Shown: positions 1 to 10,045 of the stretch, piece by piece
Layout: each line of letters starts with the position of its first letter
How positions within the stretch are numbered: position 1 is the stretch's first letter
NCBI GenBank assembly: GCA_965200965.1
Contig: OZ241744.1
Coordinates: forward strand, 3,556,517 to 3,620,516
Direction of reading: 5' to 3'
Source: an uncultured Candidatus Binatia bacterium
Lineage (GTDB): Bacteria; Desulfobacterota; Binatia; Bin18
Length of the DNA stretch: 64,000 bases
Notes under the pieces: model-generated
Seen by the model: the letters and a program-made list of their open reading frames with translations, nothing else
Database searches by the model: none
What the model was told of the DNA's origin: nothing
Translations under genes and position numbers: made by a program

Positions 1-73
1 GATCAACCACTGCCGACACGATCAGTTCCGAGGTGATGGGCGATTTCCAAGAGCCATACGGCGCACTTGTCAT
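1..73 (-). CDS. S9 family peptidase, N-terminus only (runs off the window start)
   Basis: Minus strand reads MTSAPYGSWKSPITSELIVSAVVD after a GGGAG RBS; APYGSWxSPI is a typical N-terminus of S9 prolyl oligopeptidase-like proteins. Confidence 0.7.
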   Translation of the reverse strand, partial: MTSAPYGSWKSPITSELIVSAVVD

Positions 74-117
74 AGTGCTCCCTTCGATGTGGAGGACGCG
101 CTGAAGCCGTGCCGCGT

Positions 118-3100
118 CTAGGCGAACAACTCCAGTTGGGTGTCTTTCCTGGGCTTTCGGGCAAGCTGCGAATGCCGGCGCTCCAGCAGCCGCTCTTCAA
201 TATCGGCCAAGTAGGGGGAGGGCGGCAGCTCACGGATTGTGCCCCACCAGCGGCGTTTCCTGGCCCGACACAGGTACAGCTTTGTCTTGGCCCGGGTGAC
301 GCCGACATAGAAGACCCGGCGCTCCTCGTCGAGGTCGGCCTGCGCGGTCGCCCCCCACCGCAAGGGCAGGAGGCCATCCTCACAGCCGACAATAAACACC
401 ACCGGAAACTCCAGCCCCTTGGCGGCGTGCAGGGTCAGCAGCGAAATCCGGTCGGCGCGCGGGTCCCAGCTGTCAATCTGGCTCTCCAGGGCCAGTGCGG
501 ACAGGAAGCCTTGGCTGTCTTTTCCACACGCCTCGGCCAGCGGCTTGAGGAGTTCATACGCCTCGGCTTGGTGCCCGAGCTGCTTGTGCGCCGCTTGAAG
601 CTGCTCACCAACGGCCCCGGCGTAGGGCTGCGCGCGGAGCTGCTCAATCAGCGCACTCACGCCTGGATGGTCCAGCAGGCGGTTGTGCGAGCGTTTCTGA
701 AACGGCATGCCGGAGCGTTGCAGGGCTGTGACCAAGGCCACGGCCTGCCCCTCGGTACGGTACAGCACCGCAAAATCGGAGAACGACACGTCCTGCCCCT
801 CGGCGTCCGCGGAGCGACCGCTGTCAATAGAGAAGAAACTATGCCCGCCCAGCGTGTGTTCCAGTGCCTGAATGATGAACTCAGCCTCGGCTTGTTCGGT
901 CGGCGCTTCATGGACGGTAATCAGGTTGGGCGCGTTGTCGAGAACCGGGACAGAGTGTTGAGCCGAGGTCGCCATGACCTGGGCCGAGAACCTGACGATA
1001 TTCTGGTCGGAGCGATAGTTGCGGGTCAGCCGCACCACCTGAGCTGTCGGAAAGTCGCGCTGAAACTCCGAGAAAAAGCGCACATCCGCACCCCGGAAGC
1101 TATAGATGGCTTGGTCGGGGTCGCCAATGGCGCAGATGTTGCCGTCCGCGGGAACGAGTTGTTTGATGAACCGGACCTGCCGCTCATCAACATCCTGGTA
1201 CTCGTCGATACACACCCACCGATAGCGCTGCCGATAGTGGGCCTGGAGGCCGGGGTTGGACTCCAGGGCGTCGGCAGCCCGGATTACGAGGTCATCAAAA
1301 TCGATCCAGTTGCGTGCCTCCAGCGCTCGCTGGTAGGCCGCGTAGACGGCATTCAGCTTCACGTCGATTGCCGCTGTCGGCGTCCGTTTGGCGCGGGAGA
1401 GAGCGGCGATTTGGCCGCGGGCCGTTTTTTCAGATACGCCCAGGGCGTCTTGGAGCAGGTGCAGCCGTTCGGCCTCCGAGGCCAGCCGAAAGCCGCGCTG
1501 TAGACCAGCCGCGTTCCAGTCGGCCTGGAGGATGGACAGGGCTACCGAGTGAAAGGTTCCCACGGTGAGCTGCCGCCACCCGTCGGGCAGCAAGGTTTGC
1601 AGGCGAGCGCGCAGTTCGTCGGCCGCCCGTCTGGTGAAGGTGAGGACCAGACAGTGGGCCGGCGGGACGGCATGCCTGGTGATGAGAGCGGCGAGACGGT
1701 GGGTGAGGGTTGTGGTTTTTCCCGATCCAGGACCCGCCACAATGAGCACCGGACCGGAGGTGATTTCGGCTGCCCGGCGCTGCTCGGCGTCGAGCTCGAC
1801 CAAAATATCGGCCGGCGGGTCGGCCGGAATCGCTCGGCTTGGCGGCTGAGGACGCGGAGCGTCCGGGCGGACCGGGCGGTTGATGACCGCCTGTCCCTCG
1901 GCCACCGGCGGAACCGGCGATCTGGGGTGTTCGTCTTGAAACAATGTCGCCCCGCCCGCCTGCCGGCGCAGTTCGGCGTCTCGGAAGAGCCGAATGGTGC
2001 CGTACACGCCGTCGTAGCCGGCCTCTCGGATCACTTCCTGCTTGCGTAACCGAGACACCGCCTCGGTGAGGAGCGGCGCGTTGGCGTGCTGAACGTCTTC
2101 CAGCGGCAAGCTGGTGAGGAGTTGGAGTTCGGGCCCCAGCCGACCTAACAGGCTTTCATACTGGTGGCTGATTTTTTTACTTTTGGGGCCGACCTGATAA
2201 ATTTCGGACAGCATCTCGGACAGTGGAACCAAGCCGCGGGCGCTGCCGGCCGTCTGGGGTGGCGTTGTCTTTTCTCCGCGGTCGGCCAAGTCTTCAACCC
2301 GGTGCATGACGCCGACGGTCAGCGGCTTGCCGCAGGCCGGACACCGGCCCTGGTGGTGACGGGTCTCAGCCGGAGAGAAGCGGATATTGCAGTTGCGGTG
2401 GCCGTCGAGATGATACTTGCCCTCTTCGGGGAAAAACTCCAGCGTACCCTCATAGCCTTGACCCGTTTCCAAGGCCCGGCGCAGGGAAAAATAGTCCAGT
2501 TCAGTGTTGAAGACGCACACCTCCCGGCCCAGCTTTTCGGGCGAGTGGGCGTCAGAGTTCGACACCAGCCGAAAACGGTCCAGAGACGACACCCGCCAGT
2601 TCATTGCCGGGTCTGAGGACAGCCCCGTCTCAACGGCAAAGATGTGGGGGGCCAAGTCGGCATAACAGTCGTCAATGGCGTCAAAGCCCGACTTTGAACC
2701 GAGGGCGGCAAACCACGGCGTCCAGATATGGGCCGGCACGAGGTAAGTGCCCGGACCCGACTCCAGGGCGATCTCCAAGAGATGCCGGGAATCCAGACCC
2801 AGGATCGGTCGACCGTCCGATCGCAGGTTGCCGATTTTGGACAGGCTGTGAATCACCCGCTCGGTCGCTTCAAAATCCGGGGTATAGAGCAGATGGTGGA
2901 TTTTGCGCGTCTTGTCACTCTTTTTGTAGATGGTCGAGATTTCAACCGACAGCATAAAACGGGTGGCCGTCTGACCGCTCCGGCAAGCTAGTGGCAGTTG
3001 TTGCTCAACCGCTTTCTCCAGCTCGGGCCGCAGGCGAAACAGGCCCGGCTCGGCCGGCACGAGCTTGTCTTTCAGTTCGGCGTTCCAGGCCGGATGGGTA

Positions 3101-3228
3101 AAATCGCCGCTGCCGACGAGGCTGATGCCTTTTTTGCGGGCCCATATCGCCAGGTGTTCGAGGTCGCAGTTTTTGCTGGTGGCGCGGGAGTACTTGGAGT
3201 GGACATGCAGGTCGGCGTAGAAAGCCAT
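118..3228 (-). CDS. EndoQ-like PHP nuclease (TIGR00375-type) fused to a UvrD/REP superfamily 1 helicase
   Basis: N-terminal DLHVHSKYSRATS, AHIWTPWF, SNSDAHS and a GKYHLDGHRNC...CPACG Zn site; C-terminal AGPGSGKTT, IDEYQD, GDPDQAIYSFRGA, NYRS, TLHAAKGLEF, EERRVFYVGVTRAK. Confidence 0.9.
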   Translation of the reverse strand: MAFYADLHVHSKYSRATSKNCDLEHLAIWARKKGISLVGSGDFTHPAWNAELKDKLVPAEPGLFRLRPELEKAVEQQLPLACRSGQTATRFMLSVEISTIYKKSDKTRKIHHLLYTPDFEATERVIHSLSKIGNLRSDGRPILGLDSRHLLEIALESGPGTYLVPAHIWTPWFAALGSKSGFDAIDDCYADLAPHIFAVETGLSSDPAMNWRVSSLDRFRLVSNSDAHSPEKLGREVCVFNTELDYFSLRRALETGQGYEGTLEFFPEEGKYHLDGHRNCNIRFSPAETRHHQGRCPACGKPLTVGVMHRVEDLADRGEKTTPPQTAGSARGLVPLSEMLSEIYQVGPKSKKISHQYESLLGRLGPELQLLTSLPLEDVQHANAPLLTEAVSRLRKQEVIREAGYDGVYGTIRLFRDAELRRQAGGATLFQDEHPRSPVPPVAEGQAVINRPVRPDAPRPQPPSRAIPADPPADILVELDAEQRRAAEITSGPVLIVAGPGSGKTTTLTHRLAALITRHAVPPAHCLVLTFTRRAADELRARLQTLLPDGWRQLTVGTFHSVALSILQADWNAAGLQRGFRLASEAERLHLLQDALGVSEKTARGQIAALSRAKRTPTAAIDVKLNAVYAAYQRALEARNWIDFDDLVIRAADALESNPGLQAHYRQRYRWVCIDEYQDVDERQVRFIKQLVPADGNICAIGDPDQAIYSFRGADVRFFSEFQRDFPTAQVVRLTRNYRSDQNIVRFSAQVMATSAQHSVPVLDNAPNLITVHEAPTEQAEAEFIIQALEHTLGGHSFFSIDSGRSADAEGQDVSFSDFAVLYRTEGQAVALVTALQRSGMPFQKRSHNRLLDHPGVSALIEQLRAQPYAGAVGEQLQAAHKQLGHQAEAYELLKPLAEACGKDSQGFLSALALESQIDSWDPRADRISLLTLHAAKGLEFPVVFIVGCEDGLLPLRWGATAQADLDEERRVFYVGVTRAKTKLYLCRARKRRWWGTIRELPPSPYLADIEERLLERRHSQLARKPRKDTQLELFA

Positions 3229-3246
3229 GTTGTCCCTCTCTCTAGT

Positions 3247-4134
3247 CTAGCGCCGCAGAAAACGGACAATCGCCTCGGCAATCGCCTGTGGCTGCTCGGG
3301 CAGCATGGCATGGCCGGCCTTGGCGATTTCGACCAGGCTGACGCGCCGGCCGTACTGGCGTTTGAAGCGCCGGGCATTCTCGGGCGGGGCGATTTTGTCC
3401 TCGGTACCCTGCAACAGGAGGATCGGAGCGCTGCCGGCGGCGACCCAGGCTTGGTCTTCGGTCGCCAGGCTCGCCGCCATCTGCATCCGTGTGGCTTTCT
3501 GATACCAGCCGTCCTGCCAGCCGACCGGATCGTTGCCAGCGGCAAAGAATGCTTGCTGAATGGCCTGCCGTCGGACGCTTTGCGGCAGGCTTGGATCGTA
3601 GGACATCAGCCGGGCGTGCAGGACCTCGGGGCGCGCGGGCTGACGCTCTTCGGCCGCCAGCAGCACCAGGGCGCTGACCAACCGCGGGTGATCGCGAGCC
3701 ACCACGCGGGCGAGACGGCTGCCAAAGGCGTGGCCGACCAGCGTGACCGGGCCGCTGTCCAGGGCGCGAATCACGGCCGCGATATCGTTGCCGAGGTCGT
3801 GCAGGGTCAGCCCGCTCGTCGGTCCCGTGCTGGCACCTAGGCCGCGTGGTTGGGGCCGGACGACCTGAAAACCGGCGGCAACTAGACGCGCGCTCAGGTC
3901 ACTGAAGTCTGCCGCGCCGCGACCGAGGGCCGGCAGGAGGACAATCGGCCGGCCCTCGCCCTCAATGAGAACGTGGATAGTGGCCGCCCCGGCCTCAATC
4001 AGGGCCGGCTCAGCCACCAGCGGGTCTTGAGTCACCGGCGCGGCCCACGCGGTCGGGACAAACAGCGATACGAGCCAGACAAAGACGGGCCAGGAGCGGT
4101 GCGTGGTGTGGCGATCAGCATCAAGTATCGGCAT
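3247..4134 (-). CDS. Alpha/beta hydrolase fold protein, possible signal peptide
   Basis: GHAFG at the nucleophile elbow, GTEDKI, AGHAML; hydrophobic N-terminal stretch. Confidence 0.8.
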   Translation of the reverse strand: MPILDADRHTTHRSWPVFVWLVSLFVPTAWAAPVTQDPLVAEPALIEAGAATIHVLIEGEGRPIVLLPALGRGAADFSDLSARLVAAGFQVVRPQPRGLGASTGPTSGLTLHDLGNDIAAVIRALDSGPVTLVGHAFGSRLARVVARDHPRLVSALVLLAAEERQPARPEVLHARLMSYDPSLPQSVRRQAIQQAFFAAGNDPVGWQDGWYQKATRMQMAASLATEDQAWVAAGSAPILLLQGTEDKIAPPENARRFKRQYGRRVSLVEIAKAGHAMLPEQPQAIAEAIVRFLRR

Positions 4135-4322
4135 TGCGCATTCTTCTTATACTACCCGGACCGGGCGGCGCAAGAACTCGCCGATAGGCGACGGCATTGC
4201 ATCCGGGCCGGGGGCTGGGCAATATGGGTCATCCTGACCTGTGGGAGCAGGAAGAGAGGACGAACCATTGGAGGTGTTGTGGCTGAACGCGGAGGCCGCG
4301 ATGCAGACCGAAGGAGGAGCCC

Positions 4323-6698
4323 ATGCAAACCCGGACAGTTGATCCGTCAATCTCCCGAACGCCAATCCGGCTGAATGCTACAGACCAGGCGACGGTGTGT
4401 GTGCTGTGCAGCCATAACTGCGGTCTGCGGGTTGATGTGGTCAAGGGGCGGATTGAGCATATCCGGGCGGACCAGACCAACCCGATCTCGCACGGCTACA
4501 TCTGTAACAAAGGCTTCAGCATTCCCGCCTATGTGAACCATGCCCAACGGGTCTCACACCCGCTCAAGCGCCGGCCCGAGGGAGGCTTTGAGCGGGTCGG
4601 CTGGCAGCAGGCCGTGGCGGAAATCAGCGCCAAGCTCAAGCGCATCAGAGACCGGCATTCGCCGCGCTCCATCGGCCTCGTCGGGATTGGCGGCCAGGCC
4701 AACCATATGGATGCCCCCTTTGGGGTGACGTTTCTGTCGCTGCTGGGCTCGAGGCGCTTCTTTAACGCCCTGGCCCAGGAAAAGTCCCAGCACTGGCTGG
4801 TGTTGAAATGGATGCTGGACGGCTCATCGGGCACGGCCTTGCATCCCGACCACGACCGGTCCGATTTTGTGCTGGTGCTCGGCACCAACCCGCATATCAG
4901 CAACCGGGGCCACAACCCGACCGATGGGCTCAGAGCGCTCGCCCGTGATGCCAAGCGCAGGATGGTGGTTGTTGATCCGCGGGTGACGGAGACCAGCCGG
5001 CAGGCCGACCGTCACCTGCGCCTCAAGCCCGGCACGGATGCCTATCTGCTGCTCGCCCTGGCCGCGAGTATTATTGGCCGCGACCTGGGCGACGCCGAGT
5101 TCATCCGGGATAAGACGCTGGGCTACGAACAGGTCAAAGCCCAGTTGGCCGAGGTCAGGGTGCGGGACATGGCTGCCCGCTGCGGTGTGGAAGTGAGCGA
5201 TATCGTGGCGACCGCCGAAGAACTGGCCGCGGCCGGGCGCGCCTCTCTGTTGTGGGACCTGGGTGTTGAAATGACCCGCTTCTCAACCCTCAACTCATAT
5301 CTCCTCCACCTGCTGAGTGCGGTGACCGGCAACCTGGGCCGGGCGGGCGGCAATGTGTTCACCACCACCCTCAACCCGCCGACGCCCGACCCGCGCCGCC
5401 ACGACGAGCCGGAGCGCGCCCTGGCGTCTGGCATCCCGGCGGTCTCGGCCTTGACCCGGCTGGGGATTTTTTCGCCGGTGCTCATCCCCGAAGAGATCAC
5501 CCTTGACCATCCAGAGCGCCTGCGGGCGCTGATTGTCGAGGGGGCAAACCCGCTGCTGTCCTATCCAGATACCAAAGCCTGGCTGGCGGCCCGGCAAGAG
5601 TTGGACGTGCTGGTGGTGATTGAACCGGCCATGACCGAGACGGCCCGCCTCGCCGACTATGTCCTGCCCACCCCGGTCGGCTACGAAAAATGGGAGATGG
5701 CCAGCTTCCCGCGTGGCTTTCCCAGCGTGCCGGTCCAGGTCCGCCCACCGATTGTTCCGGCCTTGGGAGAAGCCCTGCCCGAAGGCGAAATCTATGTTCG
5801 TCTGGCCGAGGCGATGGGGCTGGTGCCCGAAGCGCCGGCCGAGTTGCACGAACTGGCCGCCGCGACCGGCCGGCCGGCCGGCGCGGATCGCTATCTCAGC
5901 GCCCTCCAGGCCGCGGCCAAACAGGCTGGGTTCGGCGCTCCGCTGTACTGGGCGTATCGGACCCTGGGCCGCTATTTGGACTCCCCCGTGCTGTCTTCGA
6001 TCTGGTTTCAGGCGGTGATGAACGGTCGGGTGCGGGGCGAGGCAGTGGCGCGCGCGTTTGGCCCGGAGTGGCAGGACAAAGACGGCTTCAGCCTGGGCCT
6101 TGAGGTGTATCGGCGTCTGATGGCCCATCCCCAAGGGGTGGAAATTGCCCGGCTTGACCCGGCGACAAATCTGGACGAGCGGATCGGCTTTACGGACAAA
6201 AAAATCCGTCTGGCCCCCCAGCAGATCCAGACCGAACTGCGCCGCGCCATCCACACCCCGCCGGCCTACGACCCGGACTACCCGACAATTCTGGCCTCGG
6301 GTCTGCGCACCCGCTGGACGGCCAACACCATCCAGCGTGACCCGGCTTGGCGCAAAGGGCGGGGGCCGCACTGCGCCCTCAACCTGTCGCCCGGTGACGC
6401 CGCGCGCCTGGGGGTGACAAACGGCGAGACCCTGCGGGTTGTCACCAAACGCGGCAGCGTCGAGCTGCCGGCCATGATTGACGCCAAGCTCATGGACGGC
6501 CATGTGTGGATGCCGAACGGTTTTGGCATGCAATATCCTGCCGGCAAGGGCGGCCACGACGGCCCCACCGAAACCGCCGGGGTGAATATGAACGCCTACA
6601 CCGATGTTGCCGACCGTGACCCCTTCAGCGGCTGTCCACACCATCGCTATGTCGCGTGCCGGCTGGAGCCGGTAGCCACGTCCTCAGAAGCGCCCTGA
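4323..6698 (+). CDS. Molybdopterin-dependent oxidoreductase (DMSO reductase family), cytoplasmic
   Basis: CVLCSHNCG...C 4Fe-4S motif, VVVDPRVTET, ADYVLP and a C-terminal dinucleotide-binding domain; no Tat motif. Confidence 0.9.
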   Translation: MQTRTVDPSISRTPIRLNATDQATVCVLCSHNCGLRVDVVKGRIEHIRADQTNPISHGYICNKGFSIPAYVNHAQRVSHPLKRRPEGGFERVGWQQAVAEISAKLKRIRDRHSPRSIGLVGIGGQANHMDAPFGVTFLSLLGSRRFFNALAQEKSQHWLVLKWMLDGSSGTALHPDHDRSDFVLVLGTNPHISNRGHNPTDGLRALARDAKRRMVVVDPRVTETSRQADRHLRLKPGTDAYLLLALAASIIGRDLGDAEFIRDKTLGYEQVKAQLAEVRVRDMAARCGVEVSDIVATAEELAAAGRASLLWDLGVEMTRFSTLNSYLLHLLSAVTGNLGRAGGNVFTTTLNPPTPDPRRHDEPERALASGIPAVSALTRLGIFSPVLIPEEITLDHPERLRALIVEGANPLLSYPDTKAWLAARQELDVLVVIEPAMTETARLADYVLPTPVGYEKWEMASFPRGFPSVPVQVRPPIVPALGEALPEGEIYVRLAEAMGLVPEAPAELHELAAATGRPAGADRYLSALQAAAKQAGFGAPLYWAYRTLGRYLDSPVLSSIWFQAVMNGRVRGEAVARAFGPEWQDKDGFSLGLEVYRRLMAHPQGVEIARLDPATNLDERIGFTDKKIRLAPQQIQTELRRAIHTPPAYDPDYPTILASGLRTRWTANTIQRDPAWRKGRGPHCALNLSPGDAARLGVTNGETLRVVTKRGSVELPAMIDAKLMDGHVWMPNGFGMQYPAGKGGHDGPTETAGVNMNAYTDVADRDPFSGCPHHRYVACRLEPVATSSEAP

Positions 6699-6747
6699 TC
6701 TGCCCGGCGATTTTCAGGGATAACGATTCTTCGGTATGGCACGCGAG

Positions 6748-8004
6748 CTAGGGGATTTCTCCGCGCTGGCGCATGTCGGCCACCAGCGCTTCCTGGACCA
6801 GCACCCCGCTGTCGGTCAGGCTGGCGACCCGATCGGCCGAGTAGCCCAGGTAGCGGTCCAGGACCTCGGCGTTGTGCTGGCCCAGCAGCGGGGCCGGACG
6901 GCGAATCTCAACCCGGGTGTCAGAGTAGCGAATCGGCGTCTTGGGAATGCCGATTGGGCCCATGCCGGGGTGGACGATCTGCTGCATGGCCCCGCGGGCT
7001 TTCATGTGCGGGTGGTTGATGATCTGGCCGATGTCCAGGACCGGTGCACTCAGGATACGGACCTCGTCCAGGAGTGCCAGCGGCTCGTCGCGGCTGGAGA
7101 AGGATTGCAGCCAAGCTTCGATCAGTTCAACCAGGACAAAGCGGTTCTCGGCCCGGTGCTGGTTGGTGGTAAAGCGGGGGTCGTTGATCCACTCGGGTTT
7201 GTTGACGGCCCGCGCAAAGGTCTTCCACTGGTGCTCCAGCACGACGATGACCACATAGCCGTCGCTGGCCTTGAAGATGCCGCACGGGGCGACTGCGTAG
7301 TGGTGTGAGCCGAAACGGGTCGGGTTTTCTTTGCCCTCGCTCAGCGTGTAGAACTGCACCGCGGTGTCGTGCAGGTGAAACAGACACTCCAGCAGGGACA
7401 GGTCAATGTACTGGCCGCGGCCGGTTTTCTGGCGGTAATACAGGGCCGCGCACACCGAGGCCAAGCCATGGACGCCGGCGTTTTCATCGGCAATGAACAG
7501 GCCGACATAGGTCGGCGCTTTGTCCGGGTCGCCGGTCAGGTGCAGCAGCCCGCTCATGGCCTGGGCCAGGGTGTCAACGCCGGGTTTGTGGACCAGCGGG
7601 CCGTCCTGACCAAAGCCTGAGATGGAACACATGATCAGGCGAGCGTTGAGCGCCTTGAGGTCGTCATAGCCGAGGCCGTAGCGGCTCAGGGTGCCGGGGC
7701 TGAAGTTTTCTATGACCACATCGACCTTGGGTACCAGCTCTTTGACGATCTGGACCGCTTCGGGCCGCTTGATATCGAGGCACACGCTGAGTTTGCCCCG
7801 GTTGTGCTGGATATAGCCGCCGCTCTGGCCGGCCCTGAAATACGGGTACAGGCGCGAGTTGTCGCCGCCCGGGGCGAGTTCGAGCTTGATGATCTCGGCA
7901 CCCATGTCGGCCATCATGCGGGTCAAGACCGGGGCGGCAATATACTGACCGAAGTCGAGCACGCAGACGCCTTCGAGCACGGACGGTGTGGCTGGCTGTG
8001 ACAT
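6748..8004 (-). CDS. CaiB/BaiF family III CoA-transferase
   Basis: VLDFGQYIAAP, HNRGKLS, ENFSPG, SISGFGQDGP, APLLGQHN. Confidence 0.92.
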   Translation of the reverse strand: MSQPATPSVLEGVCVLDFGQYIAAPVLTRMMADMGAEIIKLELAPGGDNSRLYPYFRAGQSGGYIQHNRGKLSVCLDIKRPEAVQIVKELVPKVDVVIENFSPGTLSRYGLGYDDLKALNARLIMCSISGFGQDGPLVHKPGVDTLAQAMSGLLHLTGDPDKAPTYVGLFIADENAGVHGLASVCAALYYRQKTGRGQYIDLSLLECLFHLHDTAVQFYTLSEGKENPTRFGSHHYAVAPCGIFKASDGYVVIVVLEHQWKTFARAVNKPEWINDPRFTTNQHRAENRFVLVELIEAWLQSFSSRDEPLALLDEVRILSAPVLDIGQIINHPHMKARGAMQQIVHPGMGPIGIPKTPIRYSDTRVEIRRPAPLLGQHNAEVLDRYLGYSADRVASLTDSGVLVQEALVADMRQRGEIP

Positions 8005-8025
8005 GTTTCCTCCCTCGTGTACAGT

Positions 8026-8616
8026 CTAGTTCTCAAAATGCACAAAGTCAATCAGGAATACCGCGCCGAGCAGGACGCCCTTGTGGTCAAGTTGGAGTTC
8101 GGCCGGAAAGTTCAGGGCGAAATTATCCGCATCGCTCAGGCTCTCCTTGACTAAGCCGGTCCATTTTTTGGTGATGCGTCCAATCTCCCGGCCGCCGGCC
8201 CGGATCAGAAACGTCCATGGCCTGAGCAGCGGACCGAGGAGTTGAAAGCACTCCTGGCCGGTGGCGTCGTACACTGCATAGACCCGTCGCACAAGAGAAA
8301 AGCGCTTTTCAACCCGGCCCAGCCGCCGGCCGTCCGGGCTGCGGACCTCCAGGGTGTGAAAATACAGGCGGAAGGGTCTGTCCAGGCGCAGGATCGGGCC
8401 TCCTCTGGCATCCAGGATATGGATAGTAAAGGGCCGCAGCGCCTTGAGGAAATGCCGGAAGAAGAGCGAGCGGCCGGCTTCGGCCGCCACATAGACCTCG
8501 TCGCCGGTCCCATCTAGGACGGCATAGGCGTTTTTTGTTTCCCAGCTGGTCAGGAGTTCGCCCCATTCTATACGTTGCTGAATCACCAGGGTGTCGAGAG
8601 CGGCCAGTTTGTCCAT
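8026..8616 (-). CDS. Phospholipid scramblase-like / LURP-one (tubby C-terminal) protein
   Basis: IGRITKKWTGLVKESLSDADNFALNFP and LLGAVFLIDFVHFE scramblase-like motifs. Confidence 0.8.
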   Translation of the reverse strand: MDKLAALDTLVIQQRIEWGELLTSWETKNAYAVLDGTGDEVYVAAEAGRSLFFRHFLKALRPFTIHILDARGGPILRLDRPFRLYFHTLEVRSPDGRRLGRVEKRFSLVRRVYAVYDATGQECFQLLGPLLRPWTFLIRAGGREIGRITKKWTGLVKESLSDADNFALNFPAELQLDHKGVLLGAVFLIDFVHFEN

Positions 8617-8631
8617 TGGAGGGTCACTCCT

Positions 8632-9963
8632 TCAGTCGTGGAAAAAGCGGTTGGGGGGGCGGGGTAGGCCCAGGTTTTCACGCAACGTCCTGCCCTCGTA
8701 CTCGCGCCGGAACAGCTCGCGGCGCTGGAGTTCGGGCACGATCCGGTCGACAAAGTCGTCCAGCCCGCCGGGCAGGTAGGGGAACATGATGTTGAAACCG
8801 TCGCAGCCCTTGTCGAGCAGCCATTCCTCCATCTGGTCGGCAATAGTGGCCGGGGTGCCGATCAGCTCCAGGGCGCTGAAGCTGCCGCCCACATACTGGG
8901 CGAGCTGGCGGACGGTCATGTTGTCTCGCCGGGCCAGGTCAAGCAGTTTTTGTCGGCCGCTCTTGCTGGCGTTACTCTCCGGGATAGCGGGCAGTGGGCC
9001 GTCCAGTTCAAAGCCCGACACGTCGTGGCCGAGCAGAACGGACAGGGTGGCAAGCGCGCTGTCGGGATGGACCAGGCTGTCCAGCCGGGCCTTTTTGGCC
9101 CGCGCCTCGGCCAGGCTGTCACCCACTACCACAAACGCCCCAGGCAGAATTTTGAGATGATCGGGCGAGCGGCCGCAGACCTCCATCCGGCCTTTTACGT
9201 CAGCGTAATAGCGCTGCCCGTCGCTCAGGGTGCTGGGGCTGCTGAACACCACCTCGGCCGTCTCGGCCGCCAGTTGGCGGCCGGCCTCCGAGGCCCCGGC
9301 CTGGACAATGACCGGCCAGCCCTGGATGGGTCGGGCAACGTTGAGCGGCCCGCGAACCGACAGCTGGGGGCCGGTGTGGGCCAGGATGTGCATTTTGTCC
9401 GGGTCAAAATACGTCCCGGTGTCCACATCGCGGATAAAGGCGTCGTCGGCCCAACTGTCCCACAGACCGGTCACTACGTCAAAGAACTCGCGCGCCCGCC
9501 GGTAGCGCGCGCCGTGCTCCAGGTGGCGCTCACGGCCAAAGTTGCGCGCCTCCTGGGGGTTGGCCGAGGTAACCACATTCCAGCCGGCCCGGCCGCCACT
9601 GATGTGGTCAAGCGAGGCGAACTTGCGTGCCACATGATACGGCTCGTTATAGGTCGTGGAGGCGGTGGCGATCAGCCCCAGACGCCCGGTCACGACGGCC
9701 AGCGCCGGCAGCAGGGTCAGGGGGTCGAAAGACGTGACCGTGGCGCTGCGTTTGAGGGCCGCCATCGGCATGTTCATCACCGCCAGGTGGTCGGCCATGA
9801 AAAAGGCGTCAAAGCGCCCCCGCTCCAGGGTGGCGACAAAGCGCCGGTAGTGGGCAAAATTGAAATTGGCGTCCGGGAAAGCGCCCGGGTAGCGCCAAGC
9901 CGCGGTATGAATGCTGACCGGTCGCATGAACGCACCGAGTCGCAGTTGTGGTGAGTCAGCCAC
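8632..9963 (-). CDS. LLM-class flavin-dependent monooxygenase (NtaA/DmoA family)
   Basis: FFMADHL, ASLDHISGGRAGWNVVTS, QAGASEAGRQLAAETAE, EYEGRTLRENLGL. Confidence 0.92.
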   Translation of the reverse strand: MADSPQLRLGAFMRPVSIHTAAWRYPGAFPDANFNFAHYRRFVATLERGRFDAFFMADHLAVMNMPMAALKRSATVTSFDPLTLLPALAVVTGRLGLIATASTTYNEPYHVARKFASLDHISGGRAGWNVVTSANPQEARNFGRERHLEHGARYRRAREFFDVVTGLWDSWADDAFIRDVDTGTYFDPDKMHILAHTGPQLSVRGPLNVARPIQGWPVIVQAGASEAGRQLAAETAEVVFSSPSTLSDGQRYYADVKGRMEVCGRSPDHLKILPGAFVVVGDSLAEARAKKARLDSLVHPDSALATLSVLLGHDVSGFELDGPLPAIPESNASKSGRQKLLDLARRDNMTVRQLAQYVGGSFSALELIGTPATIADQMEEWLLDKGCDGFNIMFPYLPGGLDDFVDRIVPELQRRELFRREYEGRTLRENLGLPRPPNRFFHD

Positions 9964-10045
9964 ACGTCCCTCCCCTTGCTTGCAGACTGCGCGTTCAGGG
10001 TAGCAAATCGGCGACGAATGAACAGTCCGGACTTTTTCACCAGCT

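Noticed and set aside
109-1503. Long antisense ORFs (also 5295-6644, 8950-9954, 19903-20928, 36810-37805)
   Set aside because: Shadow ORFs opposite well-supported genes in high-GC DNA; no recognisable motifs.
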